Notes: a model not told the origin generated them from the sequence alone. Shown: positions 39,318-52,100, numbered from the whole stretch's first letter. The stretch: DNA of 63,823 nt, filler included, from Octopus bimaculoides (GCF_001194135.2; 7 parts of 6 records of this genome joined end to end with filler, not necessarily neighbours in it); one strand, 5' to 3'. A program made the numbers and translations.

Positions 39318-39401
39318 TGTCTCTGATGATGGAATACCAAATATATGGAGATGCTGAAAAAGTTGTAAGAAAAGTTGTAATCTCAGAAACAGTTGTAAAA
39401 C
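39318..39401 (+). ncRNA. Degenerate type I hammerhead ribozyme motif upstream of the Penelope-like ORF
   Basis: TGTCT-CTGATGA...GAAAC-AGTT-GTA-AAAC; the GAAA..GTTGTAA segment appears locally duplicated and stem II is decayed. Confidence 0.5.
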
Positions 39402-39419
39402 TGTTTCAACACATACTCA

Positions 39420-41143
39420 CAACTCCTACATAACAATGTTATTAGTAATTACACTAAAGCTGGACCACAAGTTTATAACGATATTAATAAAGAAGCTAGT
39501 ATCCTCGCCACTTGGTTTAAATAAGATTAAAAATATATATAGATCCTACCAAAAAAAGAGGCTTTTATAAATATTAAGGACCATAAAAAGAACTTCCTAT
39601 ATAATCCTAAATGTAGACTAAAAATCAGAAATTGGTATAATTAGTAGGGAAATTTTAAGAAAAATCAATGCTAAAGTTAGAGGGGCAACTCATTTTGTAC
39701 AACGGTTCAATAGCATAGAAGTTATTAGCTGGTTTAAAGCAATTAGAAATAAGAATAAAGCAAGATTTACACAATTTGATATTGTAGATTTCTATACATC
39801 TCTTTCTAGAAAACTGCTAGATAAAGCCCTTACTTTCGCAAGCGATTTTACAGAGATTAGCGAACAAGATAAGGATATAATCTCCCATGCTAGAAAGACC
39901 TTACTCTTCAGCGAGAACACAGAGTGGGTCAAGACAGCCGATACAGAGGGTGCTTTCGATGTGAGCATGGAGTCATATGATGGAGCAGGCATATGCGATC
40001 TCATTGGGCTGTTCTTGCTTGATACGTTAGGAAAAGCTTTTCCTGGTGTATGTTTCGTTATTTATAGGGATGATGCTCTAGCTTTAACTAAGAGTATCAA
40101 TGGACCAGCGCAAAATCGGTTAAGGAAGGATATTTTCCATCTCATGAAAATATTCGATCTTAGCATAGCAATAGATACCAACATGACGGTTGTCAATTAC
40201 CTTTACGTATCTCTGGATTTACAAAAGTATATTTACAAACCCTATAAAAAGCCCAACGATAAGCTTAGTTTTATAAATGTAGATTCTTGCCCCCGCCCCC
40301 AAAGTGTTTAAGAATTTAGTTAAGAATATTAGTAGGAGAATTTCTAGCCTCTCCTCCAATATAAACAATGCTGTCCCACTATATAACAAAGTCCTTAAAG
40401 CTAGTAGATTTAAAGAGGAAATAGCCTACACACCTGCTATTAGGCCAGAAATAAAGAAAAGAAAACATGGACACAGGAAAATTATCTGGTTCACGCCCCC
40501 TTACTCTCCCGAAGTGACCTTTAATATAGGTAAATATTTCTTGTCACATATAAATAGACATTTTCCAATAAATCATATATATAGGAAACTCTTTAATATG
40601 CATAACCTAAAAATTAGTTTTAGTTCAACCCCAAATTTTAAACATATAATTACATACAACACAAAACAACAACATTAAGCTGGTTGTTCCTGTAGGGATA
40701 AAGACTTGTTCCCGCTAAATGAAGCCTGTATGACCGAGGCCATTATTTATGAAGCCACCGTAAATTCTATGAACGCTAATAACACAGTTTCATCAAAGAG
40801 ATACGTGGATCTCACGGAGGGAACTTTCAAAGCAAGGTTTAACAATCACACCTTAAGCTTCAGACACTGGGATAAACGGAAAATAACCAAATTATCCAGT
40901 CATATATGGTTCTTAAAAGAACAAGGTGTCAGCTATAGGATTTACTGGAAGATCTTCGCAAAGTGTAAACCTTATACCAACGGTAGTAGCAAGTGCGATC
41001 TTTGTAATATAGAAAGATGGCTCATCTGGAAAAGTTCCTTGAACCCTGCTACATGTCTAAATTCAAGAACTGAACATTTTGGATCATGTCCACATGTGAC
41101 AAAATACCTGCTACGGTTTTGGGTCCCCCAAAATCACAGCTAG
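39420..41143 (+). mobile_element. Penelope-like retroelement (RT + C-terminal GIY-YIG), frameshifted; Naiad-like signature
   Basis: RT motifs FTQFDIVDFY, MESYDGAGICDLIGLFLL, IYRDDAL; linker IWFTPPYS; CSCR..PLNEAC..IIYEATV..RYVDLTEGTFKARFNNH; terminal KCDLC..LNSRTE..CPH. Confidence 0.92.
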
Positions 41144-41766
41144 AATCCGCATTTTTACTATGTTCCTGCACAAGCTTTCCATATGTTTTAATATTTTTTT
41201 ATTTCTAAATATATATTTTTCTCATTTTTTTAAAAACTTTTTAATTGTGTGAATGTGTACATGTGTGAGTATATGTATATCTATGTATATATTAAACGTA
41301 TATGTGTGTGCGTGTGTATATATGTGTATGCATGTACGTATGTATATGAATGTAGGGCTGTGTCCGGTGCATAAGTGCGACTTTCATGCACACGTCACCT
41401 TCATTTATATAGATATGCATATGCTTGTATATGTGCGTGTGTAGGTGTGTGATAGGAGGATGTGTATGTATATATATGTGTGTACATGTGTACATGTATG
41501 TATATGCGGGAGTGTGAATGTATGCCTGTATATATATATGAGAAAGGTTGAGTTCAGTTTCATCCTTTTACTTTGGTGGGGTCCAAAGTTAGATTTCTAA
41601 TAAAGATTCTTCATATTAAATTTGTAAGTATTTTTTTTTTAAATATGAAAATTTTACGAGAATCAGGTGTGTTATAAGCATTTATAGAACACGTATCCTA
41701 TATAAACTCAACAAACAATTAAAGATGGAAAAAAGGTGTTTAAAGTTTCATAAATTTTTTAATCCG

Positions 41767-41881
41767 CGCATACGATCGTTTCGAATGGTAACACCAACAT
41801 ATAAGAAATATGGAAAAAATTAAATTAACTATATTTATAATTAAATTAATTTAATTACATATTACCATTCTCCTCAGTACA
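41767..41881 (-). ncRNA. Type I hammerhead ribozyme with canonical core
   Basis: Minus strand: UGUA-CUGAGGA-GAAUGGUAA-[70-nt AU-rich loop]-UUACCAUUC-GAAAC-GAUC-GUA/UGCG. Perfect 9-bp stem II, palindromic stem III, GUA cleavage triplet. Confidence 0.8.
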
Positions 41882-42679
41882 AAAAGAAGGATACGTCAGA
41901 AAGATANNNNNNNNNNNNNNNNNNNNNNNNNNNNNNNNNNNNNNNNNNNNNNNNNNNNNNNNNNNNNNNNNNNNNNNNNNNNNNNNNNNNNNNNNNNNNN
42001 NNNNNNNNNNNNNNNNNNNNNNNNNNNNNNNNNNNNNNNNNNNNNNNNNNNNNNNNNNNNNNNNNNNNNNNNNNNNNNNNNNNNNNNNNNNNNNNNNNNN
42101 NNNNNNNNNNNNNNNNNNNNNNNNNNNNNNNNNNNNNNNNNNNNNNNNNNNNNNNNNNNNNNNNNNNNNNNNNNNNNNNNNNNNNNNNNNNNNNNNNNNN
42201 NNNNNNNNNNNNNNNNNNNNNNNNNNNNNNNNNNNNNNNNNNNNNNNNNNNNNNNNNNNNNNNNNNNNNNNNNNNNNNNNNNNNNNNNNNNNNNNNNNNN
42301 NNNNNNNNNNNNNNNNNNNNNNNNNNNNNNNNNNNNNNNNNNNNNNNNNNNNNNNNNNNNNNNNNNNNNNNNNNNNNNNNNNNNNNNNNNNNNNNNNNNN
42401 NNNNNNNNNNNNNNNNNNNNNNNNNNNNNNNNNNNNNNNNNNNNNNNNNNNNNNNNNNNNNNNNNNNNNNNNNNNNNNNNNNNNNNNNNNNNNNNNNNNN
42501 NNNNNNNNNNNNNNNNNNNNNNNNNNNNNNNNNNNNNNNNNNNNNNNNNNNNNNNNNNNNNNNNNNNNNNNNNNNNNNNNNNNNNNNNNNNNNNNNNNNN
42601 NNNNNNNNNNNNNNNTATATATACATAGATAGATAGATAGATAGACAGATAGATAGATAGATAGATATCTCCATATATA

Positions 42680-44040
42680 CAGGGTGCCCACAAAAATACT
42701 CCCTGGTTTCACGATGTTATGATATTTAAACTAATTCAAATATATTGATAAACATGTTGTGAACCGATTCTCTAACAACAGTTATTTCTTTTTTTTTCAG
42801 GTGATTAGACATCTTTGACCTTAAAACCACAGGGATGCAAGGGAATCTGAAAATGGCCGCCAGCCCACAGCAACGCAGCAGGTGTGTACTGGAATTTGCA
42901 AATTCAAACAGTATTGTGGCCGTGCAACGTGCTCTCAAACTCAAGTATCATACGAGTCTACCTACACCCAAGTCTATTCGGAAATGGTACAACGATTTTA
43001 GTCAGAAAGGGTGTATTTGTGATAAGAGAAAGGAACATTTTGCCGACAATCAGACTCAGAGGAAGTTATTGATCGAGTTAGAAGAAAATTCGTGCACAGC
43101 CCCAAAAATTCAAAACGAAGAGCTAGCCGAGAGTTACACCTCCCCAAAAGCACATTTTGTAAGCTCCTACACAAACATCTAAAGTTTCACCCTTGCAAGC
43201 TGCAGTTAGTCCATAACTCCAGCCGAAAGATAATGGAATGCGATTTAAATTGTGTGAGAATATCCAGCAATTAATGTGAGTTAATGATAACCTGCTGTCA
43301 AAAATTCTCTTCAGCGGTGAAGCGATATTTCACTTGAACGGTGAAGTCAATAGACATAACGTGCGGATATGGAGGGCTTGAATATCCCCACGCTACCCAG
43401 AAAACTGAGCGAGACTCACCAAAAGTTAATGTGTTTTGTGCGGTATCAGAGAGGACAGTGTATAGCCCCCTTTCTTCTTTGAGGGAAGAACTGTTACTGG
43501 TCAAAGTTACCTGGCGATGCTGACCAATTCGATGTTTCCACAATTAGCTGCTGAAAGTGATGACTACTTTTTCCAGCAAGATGGGGCTCCACCGCACTGG
43601 CATCTCGCTGTCAGATTTCTCACTGAGCACTTGCCAAACAGATGGATTTGCCATGCTGGACGAGATGATCAGGTGTTCTACAAGTGGCCTGCGAGGTCAC
43701 CTGATCTAACTGTTTGTGACCTCTTTGTGGGTACGTGAAGAGCACAGTTTCCATACCGCCACTACCAGCAACCCTGGGGGAGTTGAAAATTTCGATCACT
43801 GAAGCAGTTCGCATAGTAACTCCAGACACGCTACTGAGCGTTTGGACCGAACTGGACTATCGCATCGATATTTTCCGAACAACCAGAAGGACGCACATTG
43901 AGTGCCTTTAATGCAGCCTTCTACCATATGAAACTGAATGAAATCCTACATCTGAAGCTACTAACTGTGAAAGATTATTACAATAAATTTACATGTTATA
44001 TATCTGTTTGAAATCAGGGACTGTTTTTGTGGAGATCCTG
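42680..44040 (+). mobile_element. Full-length decayed Tc1/mariner element (rosa/Visitor-like, long D-D spacing)
   Basis: TA TSD; 32-bp TIRs CAGGGTGCCCACAAAAATACTCCCTGGTTTCA; HTH region MAASPQQRSRCVLEF; FQQDGAPPHW..WPARSPDLTVCD; frameshifts. Confidence 0.92.
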
Positions 44041-44161
44041 TATGTATATATATATATATATNNNNNNNNNNNNNNNNNNNNNNNNNNNNNNNNNNNNNNN
44101 NNNNNTTAATTAATTAANNNNNNNNNNNNNNNNNNNNNNNNNNNNNNNNNNNNNNNNNNNN

Positions 44162-44206
<45 letters not shown>

Positions 44207-44427
44207 TACATATACATATATATATACATACATATACATACACACACACACACAAACACACACATACACACACACACACACACATACATAAGGGACTCTC
44301 CCATCATTAGACGACATATGAAGGTTCGACAATTTCTTACTGAACAACCACACAGATGATTTGTTTATAGTGATCAAATGTTCGTGTAAACACAAACTCA
44401 CTCCTTCACACACACACGCACATATTA

Positions 44428-44556
44428 GGAGTGGCTATGTGGCAAGTAGCTAGCTTACTGACCACATGGTTCTGGGTTCAGTCCCACTGCATGGCACCTT
44501 GGGCAAGTGTCTTCTATCATAGCCTTGGGCCGATCAAAGCCTTGTGGTATATATAT

Positions 44557-44605
<49 letters not shown>

Positions 44606-45107
44606 CATTTATATATATGTATACATACATATATATGTTTATATATATANNNNNNNNNNNNNNNNNNNNNNNNNNNNNNNNNNNNNNNNNNNNNNNNNNN
44701 NNNNNNNNNNNNNNNNNNNNNNNNNNNNNNNNNNNNNNNNNNNNNNNNNNNNNNNNNNNNNNNNNNNNNNNNNNNNNNNNNNNNNNNNNNNNNNNNNNNN
44801 NNNNNNNNNNNNNNNNNNNNNNNNNNNNNNNNNNNNNNNNNNNNNNNNNNNNNNNNNNNNNNNNNNNNNNNNNNNNNNNNNNNNNTATATATAGAGAGAG
44901 AGAGAGAGAGAGATAGATATAGATATATGTGTATGTGTGTGTTTGTCCTCAAACTGATGCTGGTGTGTTTACATCCCTGTAACTTAGTAGTTCAGCAAAA
45001 GAGAATGATAGAATAAGTACTAGGCTTACAAAGAATAAGTCCTGGGGTCAATTTGCCCAGGTAATGCTCCACCTTGGCTGCTGTCAAATGACTGAAACAA
45101 GTAAAAG

Positions 45108-45108
<1 letters not shown>
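44428..45108 (+). mobile_element. SINE family A spanning a gap in its central microsatellite
   Basis: Head at 44428-44545 and tail at 44940-45108. Confidence 0.8.
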
Positions 45109-45161
<53 letters not shown>

Positions 45162-45557
45162 ACAAGCAAAGTAGCTAGTTAGAAAATCTCTACAAGAAAT
45201 GAAAGCAGTAACTATACTGAGAAGTAATGTTTGTCACTACTTCAACATAGCTGTTCTGTATGAACCAAAATTACTACCATTTTTTAACCCCGAGAGGATG
45301 CTTCCTCCAGCTGGTTATCAATGCAATATAATCTGATATTTATTTATTTAATTTATTTATTTATGCGTTTCAGCCAAGTGGCTCCGGTCATGCTGGAGCA
45401 CCACCATGAGTGGTGATGATATATATTGCAAGCAGGGGAGTGAACTTCTACCATCTTCTAGTGATTTTACAGGACCATCAGACCAGCTGGTTTCAAGCTA
45501 TTTTTTCCCATCCTCAGTGGTGGATACCTGTCCACTAGAGATAGCAGTAGTTCATTT

Positions 45558-45601
<44 letters not shown>

Positions 45602-46538
45602 TGTGTACGTGCATATGTGTGTGTGTGTGTGTATTTGTATGTATGTATGCATACACACACACATACACAAATATGTGTGTGTGAGTGCGTGTATGTTTAT
45701 GCCTCTCCATTTTGACATTGTAGGACCATTGTAAATGCATGTCATTCATTTCTAATATTCTGAATGAACATGTTTGGCTGTGGCAAAATATTACCTCACT
45801 TGGAAACAGGTGAGGTAAAAAGGTGAGACAAACAGGAAGGGTATCCAGGTGTAAGAAAATCTGCCTCAATTTAACTCTTCTACCCCATGCAAGCAAGGAA
45901 AAGTAGATGTTAAAATGCTGATGATGGTGGGGGTGGTAGATTGATGGTGATGATGATGATGGTGACAACGAAGGGGATGTATAAGCATATATATAAAAAT
46001 CACTTAGCAGATTGCAACCTAAAGTCATATACATACAATTAAAACATTAAGAGACTGCAAAACTTTGCTTACCCTAAAAGCTTTCACTCAATATAAAAAA
46101 GAAATACAGCAGCAAAATTTCTTGGAAAAATTTTGAGAAATACTTTTGGAATCTTGTTGTATTTTTTTAGTTGGGGTGGGTACCCCTCAAGCTTCTCTCA
46201 TATTTATTTTATTATCAATAAAATTAATTACCTGAATAAAAAGAATTCCACTTGTCACCATCCTTTCTTTGGAATATAACTTTTCACTCATTTTGTTTTC
46301 CTTTCTCCATTTTCTTTTCCTTTGCAAGTCTTTATTTAATAGTCTTGACTGATACCACTTTCTTTCTTCCTTCCTTTCCTCTCTTCTTCCTTTCCTCTCT
46401 CTTTCCTTTCCTTGCTTGCTTACTTTCCTTTCCTTGCTTACTTGCTTTTCATTCTTGCTTGATTGCTAACTTTTCTTTCTTTCTTGCTTGCTTTCTTACT
46501 TGTCTTTTTCCTTCCTTCCTTCCTTCCTTCCTTCCTTC

Positions 46539-46569
<31 letters not shown>

Positions 46570-47016
46570 TTTCTTGTCTTCCTTTCTTGATCGCTTGCTT
46601 GCTTGCTAGCTACTACTTTACACATCTGACAGTTTTAGGCAAAGATGATGCTCTTTAACTCTTTCAGAATTCATAACTTTGCTTGCAACTTTAAAAAATT
46701 TTTCTTAATTTTTGATAGAGTGATGTGAGCGTATGTGTGTGTGTGTGTATGTGTGGTTCATTTGTCTTCCTTTCCTTTTCTTCTCTTTTCTCTGCAAGCA
46801 TAACATGGTCTATTAATTATCATTGTTTCTAGTAAATGTTTTATTGGTCTTTATTTTCCCTCTCCACCCACCAACATATTTGCTTCAAATATTTACGTTT
46901 CCTTCATTCATAAAAATCTGAATAAATTTCAAGGAATTTAATCTGTTTAAATCATTTGCCATTCTTAATTCAATATTTGTATTCCCCAGGAGAATATAGA
47001 CAATCAACATATATGC

Positions 47017-47070
<54 letters not shown>

Positions 47071-47542
47071 TACTCACACACAGATAGATAGATAGATAAA
47101 CATATATGTAAAACTATAAATATTTAACCACTGGCATTTCTTCCAAGACAATACCAATTTACATGTGATTTTGTGTCTGACCTAATGTTAAAACATTTTT
47201 AATGTATCATTTAACAAATATTCATTTTGTATAGTATTTTTGATGTTTGTTAAGATGATAGACAATTTTCACTTGCAATCTCATTATATTTTAACAGTTA
47301 AAAATAAAAAAGAAGTAGAAACAATAATATACTTAAGAAAATTTTTTTTGGTTAATCATGTCAGTTTACAAAGATCGAAGTAGGGCATGTGAAAGATTGT
47401 GAAAAGAGAAAAAAATGAAAGTAAATCCACAGATGATTAACAGAATATAATGTTATTAATGGACATTATTGGCATGAGTGACATCTAAAGACTTGGTTCT
47501 TGAACAAGTAACAACACTTATAATGATATAATAATACTAATA

Positions 47543-47574
<32 letters not shown>

Positions 47575-47579
<5 letters not shown>

Positions 47580-47790
47580 CAAATTTTTGGCACATGGTCA
47601 GCAATTTTGGGAGAGGGGATAAGTTGATTACATCATCCAAGTATTCAACTGGTACTTATTTTATTGGCCCTGAAAAGATGAAAGGCAAAGTCAACCTCGG
47701 CAGAATTTGAACTCAGGACATAATAACAGATGAAATGTCACTAACCATTTTGCCCGGCATGCTAGCAATTCTACCACCTCACCGCCTTCA
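47575..47790 (-). mobile_element. SINE family B
   Basis: Reverse complement of the family B core (GATGAAAGGCAAAGTCAACCTCGGCAGAATTTGAACTCAG). Confidence 0.8.
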
Positions 47791-47799
47791 ATAATCATC

Positions 47800-48590
47800 A
47801 TCATCATCATCATCATCATCATTTAATGTCTGCTTTCCATGCGGGCATAGGTTGGACGGTTTGACTGAGGACTGGCAAGCCAAGAGGCTACACTAGGCTC
47901 CAATCTGACCTGACAAGGTTTCTACTGCTGGATGCCCTTCCTAATGCCAACCACTTTGAGAGTGTAGTAGGTGTTTTTTATGTGCCACCAGCACGGGGCC
48001 AGTCAGGCAACACTAGCATCGACCACACTTGAATGGTGCTCTTTACATGCCACCGGCATGGGAGTCAGTCAGGCAACACTGGCATTAACCATGCTCGAAT
48101 GGTGCTTTTTATGTGCCACTGGCACTGGCATCAGCACACTCGAATGATGCTTTTTATGTGTCACCAACATGGGTGCCAGTCAGGTGGCACTGGCATTGGC
48201 CATAACTACAATTTCACTTGATTCAACAAGTCTTCTCAAGTACAGCATATAGCCCAATGATTGAAGGGTACTTTTAAATGGGCCAATTATGCGACAATGC
48301 CATCGGCCATGGCTACAATCTCACTTGGCTTGCTGGGTCTTCTCAAGCACAGCATATCTCAAAAGGTCTCGGTCGCTTGTCATTGCTTCAGTGAGGCCCA
48401 ACATTCAAAAGTTGTGCTTCACCACCTCATCCCATGTCTTCCTGAATCTACCTCTTCCATAGGTTCCTTCCACTGTTAGGGTGTAACACTTCTTCACACA
48501 ACTGTCCTCATCCATACACAGCACATGACCATACCAGCACAGTCATTTCTCTTGTACATCTGATGCTTCTTATGACCAACTTTTCTCTCA
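47800..48590 (-). mobile_element. RTE LINE 3' end: RT C-terminus, repeated 3' UTR and (GAT)n tail
   Basis: Minus strand CWYGHVLCMDEDSCVKKC..GRGRFRKTWDEVVK..RYAVLEKT; imperfect tandem repeats at about 47985-48200. Confidence 0.88.
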
Positions 48591-48674
48591 GTTAGAAATA
48601 TAATTTTAGCAGAGGGGTGACATTCTGATGATGAGGTTAAAGAAAGGCACAGAGAGAGAGCAAGAGAGCAGGAG

Positions 48675-48723
<49 letters not shown>

Positions 48724-49399
48724 GGTGGTGGTGGAGGTGGCGGTGATGAGAGGATAGTGAAAAGTGTAATTTTCAAAAATGTTGAACTAAGTTTTTTTTA
48801 AATCACCTATCGCTTATCACATGTGCATAAGTGCAATTATTGATCATCTACTCACTTGAAAATTGATATTTGTTTATAAAATATAGATCACAGATGATGT
48901 AAGATAACAACAGAAAGAATGAAACTAAACTGAATAGGCAATGATGCAAAGAGAAGCAGAAGGTTGCAACACTAGAACAAGTGAAGGAACATCAGCCTGT
49001 AGAAAGGAAAATATGAATCGAAGAGTATAGAGTGAGTATTTACAACAGATAAGGAGATGTATTCGAGCTAGAATATAAAATGTGAATCAGAGAGAACAAC
49101 CAAAAAAACCCTGTAAACAAACAGTTGAAAGTTACATTAGTGATATGAATATTCTCTATAATCATTGTGAAGCTCTTAGATTCATAAATGAACCTCTGAA
49201 CTTCTGAGAATATAGAAAATTCATGCTCCTTCATTTACAGCCTTATCCAGAAGAACTGAAAGGTGCTTTTTAATGAAAATTATACAGAATATAGAATTTA
49301 TAAAGGAACGCTAATTTTTATGTCTGTATATAAGCTTACGACAATCTAAAAAAAATTCGCATTTACAGTAGAACTTCCACAGGTACTACTGGTAATAAT

Positions 49400-49622
49400 A
49401 ACAATAATAATCCTTTTTTCTATAGGCATATGACCCGAAACTTTAGGGAGTGGAGAAGTCAATTACACTGACCCCAATATTCAACTGGCACTTATTTTAT
49501 TGACCCCGAAAAGATAAAAAATAATGTTGACCTTGGTAGAATTTGAACACAGAATGTAAAGGCGGACAAAATACCACTAAGAATTTTGCCCCAAACTAAT
49601 AATAATAATAGTAGTAGTAGTA

Positions 49623-49677
<55 letters not shown>

Positions 49678-50001
49678 TAATAATAATAATAATCCTTTCT
49701 ACTAAAGGCACAAGGCCTGGAATTTTTGGGGCGGAAACTAGTTGATTACATCAACCCTGATGTTTCACTGGTACTTAATTTATTGACCCTGAAAGGATAA
49801 AAGGCAAAGTCAACCTCAGTGGAATTTGAACTCAGAACTTTGTGACAGATGAAAATAATAATAATATTAATCCTTTCTACTGAAGGCACAAGGTTACTTC
49901 AACCTCAGTATTTCACTGGTACTTAATTTATTGATCCTGAAAGGATGAAAGGCAAAGTCGACCTTGGCAGAATTTGAACTCAGAATTTAGCGGTAGACGA
50001 A

Positions 50002-50002
<1 letters not shown>
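49400..50002 (-). mobile_element. Three head-to-tail SINE family B copies separated by (AAT)n
   Basis: The core repeats three times and each copy is flanked by AAT runs. Confidence 0.85.
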
Positions 50003-50049
<47 letters not shown>

Positions 50050-51333
50050 NNNNNNNNNNNNNNNNNNNNNNNNNNNNNNNNNNNNNNNNNNNNTTAATTA
50101 ATTAANNNNNNNNNNNNNNNNNNNNNNNNNNNNNNNNNNNNNNNNNNNNATATATATATATATATACATGTACAAATATGTATGTATTATGTTTTGATAT
50201 GTGGTTGTGTGACTTTGAACGTACTCCTTTCCATCTCTTCTATTGTTGTTTGAAGCTGGATAGGAATTGCGGGTCGCGAGCATCCTAGTGATCACCAGTC
50301 CGAATCGGATATTATATTTTTGAATCTTTCCACACCATACTAAAAGACAAACTCCACTGAAGTGCATTGATGCTGTTTGCAAGGCCAGATTCAATTGAAA
50401 GAGAGATGCTGTCTATGTAATGCAAGAGATTCAGACAAGGACAGACAAACGGATTAAGACGATAACATTGTACGTGTGTGTGTGTGTGCATATACACATA
50501 TGAAGAGAGAGTGGGGGAGAAAGAAGGAAGGGAATGAATTGGTGACAACAGTAGGCCTGTAGTTTATTTATCGGCCCCGATAATATGTATGGTTCACCTT
50601 GACGAGCGTTGAGGAAGGCCTTTCCTTCTAACGGTCGGACGAGACTGTCAACTAACCAATAAAATATAGATCGATAAAATATCTATCAGATTGGAATAAA
50701 TAATAGAGTAGATAAAACCGTTTTAAAAACCTTGAAAACAGTGCACCAACATGGCCGCCGTCCAATGACTGGAACCAGATATAAGACATATGCCTATTCA
50801 GAGGCTTGAACGGTTTTCTATATCTTTGTTTTACGACGACATTTTGGCTTTATGTCAAAGTCGCATTGGCATTGGTTTTGTCAACACTTTTGTTGTTGTT
50901 GTTGTTGTTATTGCTCATGTTGGCGTTGTTGTTGTTGTTGTCGTCGTTGTTTGTGCGTTTGTTTGTCGTTTGCATTTAACCTGTTTGGATGAGTGTCAAG
51001 TCAAAGGAAGAACGTTAACCGTGTTCTTCACTGCTCCAAGAGACAGACCATAATTAAAGCCAAAAATAGAAGATTTTACACAATAAGAACACTGTAACAA
51101 AGAAGAAGAAGGAGAAGGAGGAGGAGGAGGAAGAGAGGTGATCCTGGAAGAGGGAGAGCGAATAAAAAATGGAGAGAGAAGGCCGAATGGAACGAAGGGT
51201 AGAGAGAAGGGAATGCATCGGAAAATCCAAAGGAAACGAAGAATGAAGTGAAGTAAGTTGGAAAGTTACCGAAGTGACGATCGGACAAAAGCAGAAAGTA
51301 GAAAAGAAGAAAGCAACAAAAAAAAAGAAAGAA

Positions 51334-51491
51334 GCAGGAGTGACTGTGTGGTAAGGAGCTTGCTTCCAAATCACATGGTTCTTGGTTCAGTCCCACTGCA
51401 TGGCATTTTGGGCAAGTGTCTTCTACTATAGCCTCGAGCCGACCAAAGCGTTGTGAGTGGATTTGGTCGACAGAAACTGAAAGAAACCCGT

Positions 51492-51493
<2 letters not shown>
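51334..51493 (+). mobile_element. SINE family A, 5' half
   Basis: GCAGGAGTGACTGTGTGGTAAGGAGCTTGC to GAAACCCGTCG, then (TA)n. Confidence 0.85.
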
Positions 51494-51529
<36 letters not shown>

Positions 51530-52100
51530 CTTATATTTGGGTCCTTAACTGGTGTTAGCTTTGAAACAGTAACTTCTTGGTAGGCTATCGCTGTTGTCGA
51601 TCTCACGATTACACTTGTAACTGTCGGACTTCAAACTTCCTCGGTTGACTATCATGTATGAGTATTTATCTTTGCTCAAACTCCACTCCTATGTCTCGTG
51701 AGAATGTTGTGACTACTCCTAATTTTCTCGTGATCTTGATCAGAATCTAACTTTCGGTCATCAACAAAAAATGTGTGGGTGACATTAATCGTATTCTTTT
51801 CTACATATCCCATCCTGTAGCCTTGGAACTTTGTCAACAGGGATGACAAATAACTCCTTGCCTCAGCAAACAGCATTACCGATAAACTATCACCCTGGAA
51901 TATGCCTGTTGATAGCTTAATTCTATTTGTAACAACAGGTGTTGCTTTTGTAGTTGTCATCCATAACTGTGTGGACCATGTTGCAGGCAGTGTTTCAACG
52001 CCATTCGCAACAGCAGCTGGTACTTTGACAAAGTGTAGTGGTTCTATCATCCATAAGTGAAGCACAGAGCTGAAATCATTTTCTTGTAGTCTAGCCATAT
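51530..52100 (-). mobile_element. RT fragment of an R4/Dong-like non-LTR element
   Basis: FSSVLHLWM (domain 3), GIFQGDSLSVMLF (domain 4), HTFFVDDRKL (domain 5, YxDD-like). Confidence 0.85.

Noticed and set aside
40680-41143. Selenocysteine recoding in the GIY-YIG region
   Set aside because: No in-frame TGA at the visible conserved Cys positions in this copy.
50595-50655. Hammerhead-like TTGACGAG-hairpin-CGAGAC
   Set aside because: Both core segments are mutated and stems I and III are not supported.
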